From the NCBI GenBank assembly GCA_040767085.1, contig JAXGPF010000003.1:352001-416000 (forward strand): a stretch of 64,000 nucleotides of DNA, written 5' to 3'. Positions 31,141 to 40,515 of the stretch are shown piece by piece (position 1 is the stretch's first letter; each line of letters starts with the position of its first letter). The stretch comes from Kiritimatiellia bacterium. Its GTDB lineage: Bacteria; Verrucomicrobiota; Kiritimatiellia; JAAZAB01. Both the position numbers and the translations under genes were made by a program. The notes under the pieces were generated by a model. The model made no database searches. It saw only the letters and a program-made list of their open reading frames with translations, and was not told the origin of the DNA.

Positions 31141-31926
31141 ATGAGCAGCCTGCTGATCACACGCCTGCGCCAGGGATACCATACCATGCGCTACCCGGAC
31201 GGCCCGGCGCCCCAATTGCCGGAACGTTTTACCGGCCGCCCCGCCATCCGCCCCGGCGCCTGCGGCCCGGACTGCCATGCCTGCGCGGATGTCTGCCCGA
31301 CCGGCGCCATCACGCGCCCGGGGCCGATGGCGCAAATTGACCTGGGCCGCTGCATCTTCTGCGCCAGGTGCCGGGACGCCTGCCCGGCGCGGGCGATCGC
31401 ATTCACCGCCGATCATCGCCTGGCGGCGCGCCGGCGCGGGGAACTGCTGACGGACAACGGGGTCCTCCCGGAATGGGCTGACGGCGGCCGGGATGCCGTC
31501 AAAAAGCTGTTCGGCCGCTCGCTGAAGTTGCGCCAGGTGAGCGCCGGGGGCTGCAATGCCTGCGAAGCCGACACCAACGTGCTCAACACCCTGGCCTGGG
31601 ATTTGGGACGGTTTGGCATCCAATTCGTCGCCGCGCCCCGGCATGCCGACGGCCTGCTGATCACCGGGCCCGCCACCAAAAACATGGAACTGGCGCTGCG
31701 CAAAACATATGACGCCGTGCCGGCGCCCAAGATCGTCATCGCCGTCGGCGCCTGCGCCATTGCCGGCGGACCCTACGCCGGACATGCGGAAGTCTGCAAT
31801 GGCGCGGACGGCCTGCTGCCGGTGGACCTCTACATCCCCGGCTGTCCGCCCCACCCCCTCACCATCCTGGACGGCTTGCTCCGGCTGCTGGGACGGTTGC
31901 CGGCAGCGCGCCAGCCGGCATCGTAG
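31141..31926 (+). CDS. Fused 2x[4Fe-4S] ferredoxin and NuoB/HyfI-like small subunit
   Basis: CHACADVCP and CIFCARCRDACP, followed by GGCNACE, GACA..GG and PGCPP. Confidence 0.9.
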   Translation: MSSLLITRLRQGYHTMRYPDGPAPQLPERFTGRPAIRPGACGPDCHACADVCPTGAITRPGPMAQIDLGRCIFCARCRDACPARAIAFTADHRLAARRRGELLTDNGVLPEWADGGRDAVKKLFGRSLKLRQVSAGGCNACEADTNVLNTLAWDLGRFGIQFVAAPRHADGLLITGPATKNMELALRKTYDAVPAPKIVIAVGACAIAGGPYAGHAEVCNGADGLLPVDLYIPGCPPHPLTILDGLLRLLGRLPAARQPAS

Positions 31927-32007
31927 CTGCCGATAATGCCGGTCAGAAAGACTTGCGATGACCTGCGTCCGTTAATCGACGCGCTCATAGTCTTAAACCA
32001 CTGGACG

Positions 32008-32249
32008 CTACGGTTCGGAGAGTCGCCGCAGGACTTGGATCCATTGCCGCAGATTCTTCTCCGCGAGCTTAGCGTCGGTCAGCTCCTTTTCCTGGTGCGC
32101 GACGTAGGTGTTCCGGAAGTTGTTGATGTCGGTGACGGCGGCCAGCAGGTCCCGGCCCGTGCGGCTCGCACCCGGTGCGCACTCGGTTCCTGCCACGTCT
32201 CAAACAGGGGTTCGAGAACTGATGGAGTGACGAAGTACGGATCTGGCAT
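32008..32249 (-). pseudogene. Collapsed remnant (N-terminus joined out of frame to C-terminus), possibly of a type III restriction Res/DEAD helicase-like gene
   Basis: Frame 1 from ATG 32249 gives MPDPYFVTPSVLEPLFETWQEPSAHRVR. Frame 2 gives RDLLAAVTDINNFRNTYVAHQEKELTD...stop 32008. Family assignment is from recollection only. Confidence 0.35.
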
Positions 32250-32358
32250 GCGACGCCCCCCGAAATTTACCTTATCTCTTACCAACGACCAGCGCTAAAC
32301 ACACACTATACTACTACAGATTGTGGATCATTGCCGTATAACCGGAAAAACACACAAT

Positions 32359-33522
32359 TTAACCATTCTTAATGACTCTGTTATTCGTGGCTTCAGAAAG
32401 CAATGTCTGCCACGTGGCCGTCAACACATACCGCCGGACACGCAAGGCCTCTTCCCGCTCTGGCCTGACAAATCCGCCCATGCGCCACCGGCCGAGCCAT
32501 TCCCGCGCCGTGGACGCGGAGATGCCGTACCATGCGACAAGGTCTTGCGGTCCAAAGACGGAAGCGGCCGGATCGTCTTCCATCCCCCGCAGCATCAGCT
32601 TGCTGAGCAACTGCTGTTGCGTGCGGTGGAGATTATCCCAGGGCGCGTTGCGTCTTTCTTGCGGATGGATGGCTTCCGCTTGCTTTCTGAGCGCATCCGC
32701 TCCGCGGGCCATCGCCCCGCAAAAAAACTCCAGCCAGCGGGTATGATCCGGATCGTGCCGTCCCTGGTAGTAGTCCACCGGCAACCCCATCTGCAGACTG
32801 CCGTAGTAAGCAGCCAGATTTGGGGTATAGTACTCCTCCAGGGACAGGAATCCCCGCATGTCGTATCCGCTGCGCCACAGTTCGACGGTCGCCAGCGCCC
32901 GCGCTGTCCGTCCATTGCCGTCGGAGAAGGGGTGAATACTGACAAAACGGTGGGCCAGCAAACCGGCGCGGAGCGGAGCGGGCAGTGTCGCGGCGACCGG
33001 ACTTTGCGCCCACGCCACGAGATCGCGCATCAGTTCCGGCACATCGGCCGGCTCAGGCGGGCCGTAATCAATCGCGCGCGTGGCGCTATCCACCACCGGG
33101 CACTCGTTCTTCCGGTATTCGCTGCGCGCGCCCCGGCGGCCATGCCCGCGGACAATGATGATCGCATGCAACTCGCGGATGAAATCCTCCGTCAGTTTGC
33201 GTTGTTCTTCCACCTGTTCTTCGATCCAGTCCAGGGCGCGCCAATAGTTGCGCACCTCCTGCGCCATGGCGCTGCCGGTCCGGTCCGGGTGGGCGACGGC
33301 TCTACCCACTTCGCGGCTGTCGAGTGTGTTGCCTTCGATGGCCGTGGAGTTGCGCGTGGCGCGTTGCCGGGCCTCATGCCGCAGCAACAGAATCCGATCA
33401 GGCGGCAAGGGCAGCATGTCTATGACGCTGCGCGCCGCCTCAATCCGGGTGAGCGCATGGACCATCTCATGCGTATAGGTAAAACGCGCGCGAAACGGCG
33501 CGCCGGTATCGCGTCCGCTCAT
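32359..33522 (-). CDS. Fic family protein with C-terminal HTH-like region
   Basis: Canonical HPFSDGNGRTAR motif and STAIEGN N-terminal inhibitory-helix-type motif. Confidence 0.92.
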   Translation of the reverse strand: MSGRDTGAPFRARFTYTHEMVHALTRIEAARSVIDMLPLPPDRILLLRHEARQRATRNSTAIEGNTLDSREVGRAVAHPDRTGSAMAQEVRNYWRALDWIEEQVEEQRKLTEDFIRELHAIIIVRGHGRRGARSEYRKNECPVVDSATRAIDYGPPEPADVPELMRDLVAWAQSPVAATLPAPLRAGLLAHRFVSIHPFSDGNGRTARALATVELWRSGYDMRGFLSLEEYYTPNLAAYYGSLQMGLPVDYYQGRHDPDHTRWLEFFCGAMARGADALRKQAEAIHPQERRNAPWDNLHRTQQQLLSKLMLRGMEDDPAASVFGPQDLVAWYGISASTAREWLGRWRMGGFVRPEREEALRVRRYVLTATWQTLLSEATNNRVIKNG

Positions 33523-33584
33523 GACTTCACCCCCAGGAAGCGGGAATGTTGAAGGGCAAGCGTTGATGGCGTGTTGCCCAAATC

Positions 33585-33696
33585 GAGATTCCTCGACTTC
33601 GCTCGGAATGACGCCTCTGGAGTAGTCGTATTATCCAAGGAACTGTCATGCTGAGCCCTTCGGCTCCGCTCAGGGCAGGCTTTGTCGAAGCATCTC
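33585..33696. repeat. Intergenic palindromic repeats (GTCATTCCGAGCGAAGTCGAGGAATCTC type and GTCATGCTGAG...TCGAAGCATCT type with an inserted CCCTTCGGCTCCGCTCAGGGCAGGC unit)
   Basis: Two related palindromic units in opposite orientation upstream of fic. The second is interrupted by a short hairpin unit. Confidence 0.55.
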
Positions 33697-34001
33697 GCCA
33701 AAGGCGTTTTTTTCTTTTGGGCAACACGCCCTTGAATTGTGACCACAGCGCCCTTTCCCGCACTTCGATCTTTTTCTCCACTTGGCAGAATTCTGAGTTT
33801 CATGCTTGCCAGCGTGCAAAATCCGGGCGGAAATGTCAAGCGCCGAGAGGGAAATCCATCCGGTTGGCGGCTTGCCTTGCCTTGATTGTTCATTCGATCC
33901 CCGGCGTACGCATACCGCCGCACGCAAAAAAACACACAAAATAGCAAAACATTCCCATTGCCATCGACTGGTTAAAGGTTACGATCAGTCCGGTTTTCAC
34001 T

Positions 34002-34178
34002 GGCGTCCCATAAGGGACGCCAAGGCTGAAGGTTATTAGACTGAAGGCTGTAGGTTAAAACCCCGAAAAACATCGGCAAAAAAACCGGAACTGTGTTTTC
34101 CGATCCGATGCTTGAAATCCGCGGTTTTCCTATAGTCTACATCCTTCAGCCTACAGTCTAAGCATCCTGTGGGATGCT
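34002..34178. repeat. Long imperfect hairpin/MITE-like element with terminal mini-hairpins
   Basis: GGCGTCCC-ATAA-GGGACGCC at 34002. TAGACTGAAGGCTGTAGG pairs with CCTTCAGCCTACAGTCTA, CATCGG pairs with CCGATG, and GCATCC-TGTG-GGATGC lies at the right end. Confidence 0.6.
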
Positions 34179-34214
34179 AATGGTCGGGTTTTAAAACCTG
34201 AACCACATGCCGCC

Positions 34215-35087
34215 ATGGCGGTAAAAAAACGACCACTTCGAGCGCAACCCGGCATGCAACCTGCTGACGCTATCAGCCAAATCAATGAATCCGTGGACCC
34301 CGCGGTTTTGGCGCCGCACTGGGCGGATACGCTCGCTGCTGGCGATGGCCGGCTCCCGGACTTTCTGCAACCGGAGACGATTGTGGAACTCCGCCGGGCG
34401 GCCGGCCTGCCGCCGGCCGCCGATACGCCACTGCTGGAAACCGCCCGGCGCATCGCCGGAGACCCTGCTTTGCGGCTGCTGGCGCGGCATTGCTACCGCC
34501 TGCTTTACGCCCATGCGGATTACAACCGGTTCGGCGCCTGGCCGTCATTCCAAACCGTCCTTGGTGAAAACGCCGGCGTTTTTTACCTGCTGATTCTCCT
34601 GGCGGCGGCGCCGTTCATCCGCGCGCAACACCGCCGGCGTCACATTCCGGAAGCAATCACCCGCGCTACCTGCGACAGGCTGGATGCGGGGGAACGTTAC
34701 CGCGCCACCCACCAGGGCCGATGGGGCGCCGACCGCCGCAGTCTGTATTGGACCAGGTTTTACACCAACGGCGACCTGTACCGCCTGGGCCGCATGGAAT
34801 ACATGCTGCGCGGATTCAAGGGCCTGGTCGAAGTATACCGCCACGCGCGGACCGGCGCCACCGCCGCTTTCGCGCCGGACGGCGCAATGTACGATGCACA
34901 GGGACTGGCGGTGAAAACCGCGGACGGCGGCACCCCTCCCCCCGGAACCTGGACCGCCAGCCTGACGATCGCCGACGGATGGATTCAAGGCTGCCCAATC
35001 CTGCCTGAAGGCGTCGCCGTGCGGCGGCAAGCCGGACTGCGCTCCAGTACCAGCAAACTTACCCAATCACAAAAGGGGACATTTTAA
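34215..35087 (+). pseudogene. C-terminally truncated acyltransferase-domain (DUF5596-like) protein
   Basis: H..R.IPE.ITRAT and LYRLGRMEY motifs. Similarity to paralog 54395-55588 stops at about RRQAGL (35040); the HIP/C.SW GNAT-like C-domain is missing. Confidence 0.7.
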
Positions 35088-35099
35088 ACGAGTGTGACA
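35041..35099 (+). mobile_element. Orphan IS end remnant (ISNCY/IS481-like, ...AAAAGGGGACATTTTAAACGAGTGTGACA)
   Basis: Ends in TGACA with the GGGGACATTT core typical of such ends, and sits exactly where the acyltransferase homology breaks. No transposase nearby. Confidence 0.5.
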
Positions 35100-35287
35100 A
35101 ATGGCCATAATTCAGTTGACTTCCTCGAAGGCGGTGATAATTTGCCAAAACCGTGAGAAAAATGTATTGGTGACGGAGAATATGCAAACTGGCCATCGAA
35201 AATCCGGCGATGACTGATTGCAAAACATAATTCCGGAAACATGAGAGTGACGGGTAAAGCCCGTCACGGAATCAGGGGATTGAAACC

Positions 35288-36145
35288 ATGCCAACCATTA
35301 TTGCAATCGGTGCGCACCATGATGATGTGGAGTTGCGCAGCGGCGGGACATTGGCTAGATATGCTATGGAAGGCTGGCATGTGGTATATGCCGTGGCCAC
35401 CACAACCCCGCACTATTTGCCATGGCCCGAGGAAAAGGCGCAAGGTCAGTATCGATCCAATGCGGAGATTATCGAACTGCGCAAAGAGGAATCCCGACGC
35501 GGTGCGGCGGTTCTGAGAATCAAGGATGTGCATTTTTTCGATTTCAAGAGTATGTACTGGTATAAGGACGGCACTCATAAACGGCGTTACTTGGATGGGC
35601 ATAATTCAACGATGGAGGAGTTTCGGCATCTTAACCAGGATTTGCCGGGGCGGGAGTTCATTATGACGGCTTGCCACTGTTCGGCGGCCGTGGATTTCCT
35701 CTGTAATTTCCTGCAGAAAAAGCAGGCGGATGTAGTATTGACGCATTTCCCCGATGATGCTCACTGGGAACACTATGCAACGGCCGGCCTGGTGCGCGCC
35801 GCCGTGCGCCGATGGACTGGCGCCGGCCGGCGGCCAAAGCTCTATGCCTGGGAACAGGGCGGGGCGGGAAACATGACGTCCTCGTTTGCGCCGACTCACT
35901 TCGTGGATATCACCAGCACCATCGATCTGAAATGCGAATCGCTAATGAGTTTCGTGTCCCAGTTTGGCGACCACAATCCGCAGATGTTTGCCGATCGTGC
36001 TCGCAGAAGGGCGCAGGCTTACGGAAAAATGACAGGAATGCAATATGCCGAGCCATACATGCTTTTTCAGATTCCGTCTGTTTCTATGATGAATGTTTAT
36101 ACGGCGCCGACGTATGACGTCAGTCAGGCCCGCCACGGGCTATAA
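35288..36145 (+). CDS. PIG-L/LmbE family deacetylase
   Basis: IGAHHDDVE..SGGTL, R..E, TH..DD.H.EH, P.HFVDI and F.SQ...YAE motifs. Confidence 0.9.
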   Translation: MPTIIAIGAHHDDVELRSGGTLARYAMEGWHVVYAVATTTPHYLPWPEEKAQGQYRSNAEIIELRKEESRRGAAVLRIKDVHFFDFKSMYWYKDGTHKRRYLDGHNSTMEEFRHLNQDLPGREFIMTACHCSAAVDFLCNFLQKKQADVVLTHFPDDAHWEHYATAGLVRAAVRRWTGAGRRPKLYAWEQGGAGNMTSSFAPTHFVDITSTIDLKCESLMSFVSQFGDHNPQMFADRARRRAQAYGKMTGMQYAEPYMLFQIPSVSMMNVYTAPTYDVSQARHGL

Positions 36146-36196
36146 ATGCAAATTTACCCGGGCGGCCTAATTGGAACATTCGGGATTCCGGCATAG

Positions 36197-37205
36197 TTGA
36201 CGGTATCTGATACAACACCGGCGCGGTATTTCAAGCGCCGGATCATTCGCCGCAAGTATGTCCGCAAAGACCGTGCGGAGCAGGCGCTGATCATTGCGCC
36301 GCTGAAGCCGCGTCTGATAGAAGGCAGCTATGCCAGCGTGGGATTGGTGACGGACATCATTTTGAAGAAATACGTGGATCACCTGCCGCTATACCGGCAG
36401 GAACGAATTTTAAAGATCCGGCACGGGATAGACCTGTCGCGGAAAACAATGTGCGACTGGGTGGGTAAGACCGCGGATTTGTTGGGGGCCATTTACCAGC
36501 ATGTCCGCACGGGCTTGAAAAGCAGCGGATATTTGCAAATAGACGAAACGCCGGTGCGATATTGCCGGGATGATGGCGGCGGCGGCGGCCAAGGATACTT
36601 ATGGGCGTATCATCATCCCGGAGAAGACGTGTTATTCGAATGGCATACTAGCCGGAGCGCGGATTGTTTGGAGCGGATGCTGGGTAATTTCAGCGGCACG
36701 GCGCAAAGCGACGGATATGCCGCTTACCCGGCTTTTGCTAAAGGAAACGACCGGATTGTGTTGGCAGGCTGCTGGGCGCATGCACGGCGCAAATTCAAGG
36801 ATGCCGTAGAAGAAACGCCTGGGATGGCAGGGTGGTTCTTGAATCAGATAGGCTTATTATATGGCATTGAAGCCGATTTGCGTAATCGGAATGTATGCGC
36901 GCGTTTGCGGCAGGTGGCCCGGAGTGCCGCCAGCCGGATGATTTTGGCGCGGATACAAAAAGCTTTGCGCCAGAAAATGCCGGCATATCTGCCGAAAAGC
37001 CGGATGGGGCTGGCAATCGGTTATGCGTTGTCCCGCTGGGAACAACTGGAACGTTACATGCATGACGGCCGGATTGAAATAGACAACAACCTGGTGGAAA
37101 ACGCCATCCGGCCGGCGGCGCTGGGTAAAAAGAACTGGTTGTTCTTCGGCGCGCCGGATGCGGGACAAAGGTCCGCGATCTTCTACACGCTGCTGGAACA
37201 GTGTT
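36197..37205 (+). pseudogene. IS66-family TnpC transposase fragment, truncated at both ends
   Basis: DHLPLYRQ, QIDETP, QSDGYAAY, CWAHARRKF, IDNN..EN.IRP..LGKKNWLF. The N-terminal coiled-coil/zinc finger, the C-terminus, tnpA/tnpB and IRs are not seen. Confidence 0.85.
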
Positions 37206-37270
37206 CGGCTTTCCGGATTGCGCCCAGCAATGGCGCACACTGGCTCTGAAATGGATTATTCCGCAAGCGG

Positions 37271-38750
37271 CTATTGCAGCGAAAACATCGTCCCGGCGCC
37301 CACGTACTCATAGCAGCCAAGGTCCACCAGGCCGCTGAACCGGTCAATCCGGCGGCGCCGGTCCAGGTCCACGGCACCGTCCATCCAAGGCATATTGGCC
37401 CCCGCATTGATATATGGCGAATTGGGGGACAAACGGAAATTGCCCGCTTCCATACCGGCAAACATCGGGTCGTCGGTCCTGTTACCCGCATCCGGCGTCA
37501 CCGGCTGGTCGGTGCCATTTTGCAAAGGCGCAACACAGCAATTGGTCAAAATCACACCCGTGCCGGCAACAAGGTACATGTTGCTGCGGCCATCAACAGG
37601 CGCGCTATTCCCGTAAACAATCGTGTTGCGCACCACCATGTTGGTTGTGACATTGGCATTGACCACCAGCCCGCCGCCATTTAAAGGAGCGCTGTTGGAG
37701 GCTATCGTGGTGTTTTCAACCCGGAAACGCACAGGTTGTTCCAGCGCCAGGCCGCCGGCGCCGCCGCTTGCCGCCGTTGCCCGGTTGCCGACAATCAAAC
37801 AACCCGTGATGATCCCGGGGCTATTGATGCGGATGCCGCCCCCGGCATAGCTGGAATTATATGCCGCTGTGTTTCCGCGAATGATGCTGTTGGATATTAT
37901 CAGATCACCAGCAGTCGCATAATAACGATGCAAGATTCCCCCGCCGCCGCTGGCAGCCTGATTGTATGAAATCTCGCAGTTGGCAATCATGCCGGTGCTG
38001 CCGTCGCGGGCGTAAACATAAAAGCCGCCCCCAGAGTCGGTGCTGGCGATATTACGTTCAATCCGGCAGCCATACATTTCAAAAATCATGCCCGGTTCAT
38101 CTACCGCGGAAATCCCATACAAGCCCCCGCCGCCATTGGATGCTACATTATCAACTACTTCGCAATTTGATGCCGCCAGCCTGGCGCTATAAGCGTAAAT
38201 GCCGCCGCCTGTGGTATCGGAAATATTATTGCTGACGATGCAGCCATCCAGATACATGGCGGAGGCAGAGCCTGACTTGTAAATCCCGCCCCCGCCGGAA
38301 GTGGAATAATTGCTATGAACAACACAGTTAGACAGGTAAAAATCGCGGAAATTACGCTTGTAGATTCCGGCGCCGCCCGGTCCGCTTCCGTGGCGGATGG
38401 TAAAGCCGGACATGAAGATCGGATCCCCATCGGTAGTTGGGCTGGAATACACGCACCGCCGGGCATTTTCGCCGTCAATCATCGTTACCCCCGGCCCATT
38501 GACCCCCCGGATATCCACCGACTTGACGAGATTCACCACCGGATCAACCGCCGCGGTATAGGTGCCGTTGGACACCAGGATCACATCGCCATCGCCGGCG
38601 GCATCCACCGCGCCCTGGATGGAACGCTTGGCCAGAGGCCAGGTTGATCCGTCATTGCCGTCATCGCCCGTCTCGGCGACGTACAACGTTGTGGCCGCCA
38701 TACCACCGACCGATAAGGCAAAGCTTAAGAACAGAAACGATACAATTTTC
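37271..38750 (-). pseudogene. Secreted beta-helix protein gene whose start codon and RBS were displaced by ISL3
   Basis: Reading frame continues upstream of 38701 as (M)KIVSFLFLSFALSVGGMAATTLYV. The ATG (40292-40294) and AAGGAG RBS are on the far side of the IS. Paralog of 44241-45722. Confidence 0.85.
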
Positions 38751-40284
38751 GTTTCCTCACCAGAATTTGTGGGTGATTACCGGTTCGGGCAATTGCCCAA
38801 GGGTATGATATAGCGCCATTTCCGCGCCATGAAAAGTTCTGAAGCCATAAGATCGTTTGGTAACCACTCGAGCTTTATTGTTCAAGCCCTCGGTTGCGCC
38901 AGTAAAAACCTCGTTTCTGGCTCTGATCCAGTTCAAAAGCAGCTCCTCGTGTTTAGCAATGGTTTTAGCCGCCTTAATGATTGGCGCAATGCGGCTACGA
39001 CAGGCGCGCTTGACCCATGCCTGGAGATAATTACGCGCCCAGGTTGGGCTGTGATAGCTCCAAAAATGCTGAAAGCTTTCCTTGAACAAATAGGCGCGGC
39101 CGGTTTGCAGTCTTGTGCCCAATATCCGATCAAGCATTTCGCGAGCTTTGCCGCGCACGCGGGTTTTGCGGCGCAGCAAGGTCCAGCGCATTTTCTTGAG
39201 TTTTTGCTTGGCCGCCGGACGCGCTGTCATCGCCGCCATATCCCGGCGCCGGACCTCGTCCACGGCGGCATTCAAGGTTTGCACGACATGGAAGCGGTCA
39301 ATCATGTGGCAACCGTGGCTGAGGCTCGCAGCAATGACTTTCAGATAAGGTCGCCACATATCGCTACATATATGTCGAATGCCGGCCAGCACGGGTTTTC
39401 CCAAAGATTGCAACCCTTTACGCAGCGCGGCCGCCCGGCGGGTTTGGCCGACCCAGAGCAATCGGCGGCATTGCGCATCAATCTGATAGATCAAGGTCAG
39501 ATAGTTCTTGCTCTTTTTACCGTTGCCTACGTGGAGTTCATCAACACCAATCGCCGTTATATTGGCCAATTCCCGGTGCGCCAAGCCCCATTCCACCATC
39601 CACTCGACCGACCGATAAACCGCCTGCCAACTGACTTTGAAAATCAGCGCCGTCTCTTTCCAGGACAACCTCCGCGCCCAGTTCCCCAAAAAAAGCATCA
39701 GCGCCTTGCTGTAGGGTCGTTTGCCATCGCTCCAAGGCAGCGCTTCCACCACCACGCCATGTTCGGGGCAATTTACCCGGCGCGGACTATAATGCAAAAA
39801 AGCCGGCACATTCAAAATGGGCACAAACGCCCATATCCGTTCAGGCAGAGTGTCGTATGTCGCCAGCGGTCGCCCGCAACGCGAGCAGCATGCCGCGCGT
39901 TGGCGATGCGGACGAATGCTTATATCCACTTTCCATTGGCCGCGACGATCCAAAACCATACAAGTTTCCTGATAAATAAAACGTTTCAAAGGTTGCAAAC
40001 GATTCAAAATTGTTTTAAGTTTCACCTTGGGCTGGTCCTCCTTTTTTTGTGTTCACCCATTGCATACGCAATGGATTACGGAAAGGCCAGCCTATTTTTT
40101 TGCCGCCGCTTTATCTCCGTTCCGCCATCGCGCCAATCAGGAGTTATTAATCAGGCTGCTGCGGGGCCGCCAAACGCCCAAAGCGGCAGGCTGTTAATAA
40201 CTCCACCATCTTTTGGCGCCATTGCTTGGAGAACTTCTTAAACTTTAAAACCTGTTTTTTACCCACAAATTCTGGTTAGGAGCC
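38751..40284 (-). mobile_element. Complete ISL3-family insertion sequence, 1534 bp
   Basis: 24-bp IRs at 38751-38774 and 40261-40284 (21/24 match) and 8-bp TSD CAATTTTC at 38743-38750 and 40285-40292. Confidence 0.95.
38757..40025 (-). CDS. ISL3-family DDE transposase
   Basis: CxxC...CxxH zinc finger, IGVDE, SDMW.PY, DRFHV and EGLNNK...KRSYGFR motifs. Stop codon lies within the IR. Confidence 0.95.
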   Translation of the reverse strand: MKLKTILNRLQPLKRFIYQETCMVLDRRGQWKVDISIRPHRQRAACCSRCGRPLATYDTLPERIWAFVPILNVPAFLHYSPRRVNCPEHGVVVEALPWSDGKRPYSKALMLFLGNWARRLSWKETALIFKVSWQAVYRSVEWMVEWGLAHRELANITAIGVDELHVGNGKKSKNYLTLIYQIDAQCRRLLWVGQTRRAAALRKGLQSLGKPVLAGIRHICSDMWRPYLKVIAASLSHGCHMIDRFHVVQTLNAAVDEVRRRDMAAMTARPAAKQKLKKMRWTLLRRKTRVRGKAREMLDRILGTRLQTGRAYLFKESFQHFWSYHSPTWARNYLQAWVKRACRSRIAPIIKAAKTIAKHEELLLNWIRARNEVFTGATEGLNNKARVVTKRSYGFRTFHGAEMALYHTLGQLPEPVITHKFW

Positions 40285-40345
40285 CAATTTTCATGTGTTT
40301 AGCACTCCTTGTGTTATCGTCAACAATCAACAGACTACTTTCAAC

Positions 40346-40466
40346 TGAGCCAATTTCAAAAGTCTCGGACGACGTGGAAGTCGTCCCTCCAAAATGCAAA
40401 ATCACCCGTTTTTGGAGGGTCGGGTTCCACCCCGACCTTTTTGTCAGGACTTTTGAAATTAGCTCA
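40346..40466. mobile_element. MITE-like element with TIR GAGCCAATTTCAAAAGTC carrying a REP doublet
   Basis: TIRs at 40347-40364 and 40448-40465, flanking direct repeat ACTTTCAAC (40337-40345 and 40467-40475), internal hairpins at 40367-40390 and 40414-40437. Confidence 0.7.
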
Positions 40467-40515
40467 ACTTTCAACATCCAACATCCAATACAATTGATTA
40501 TTGAGTGAATATTGA

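Noticed and set aside
33770-33840. RelE/ParE-like toxin start (MKLRILPS at 33803) behind a TTGACA box
   Set aside because: The resemblance covers only about 8 residues and the -10 match is poor; at most a remnant.
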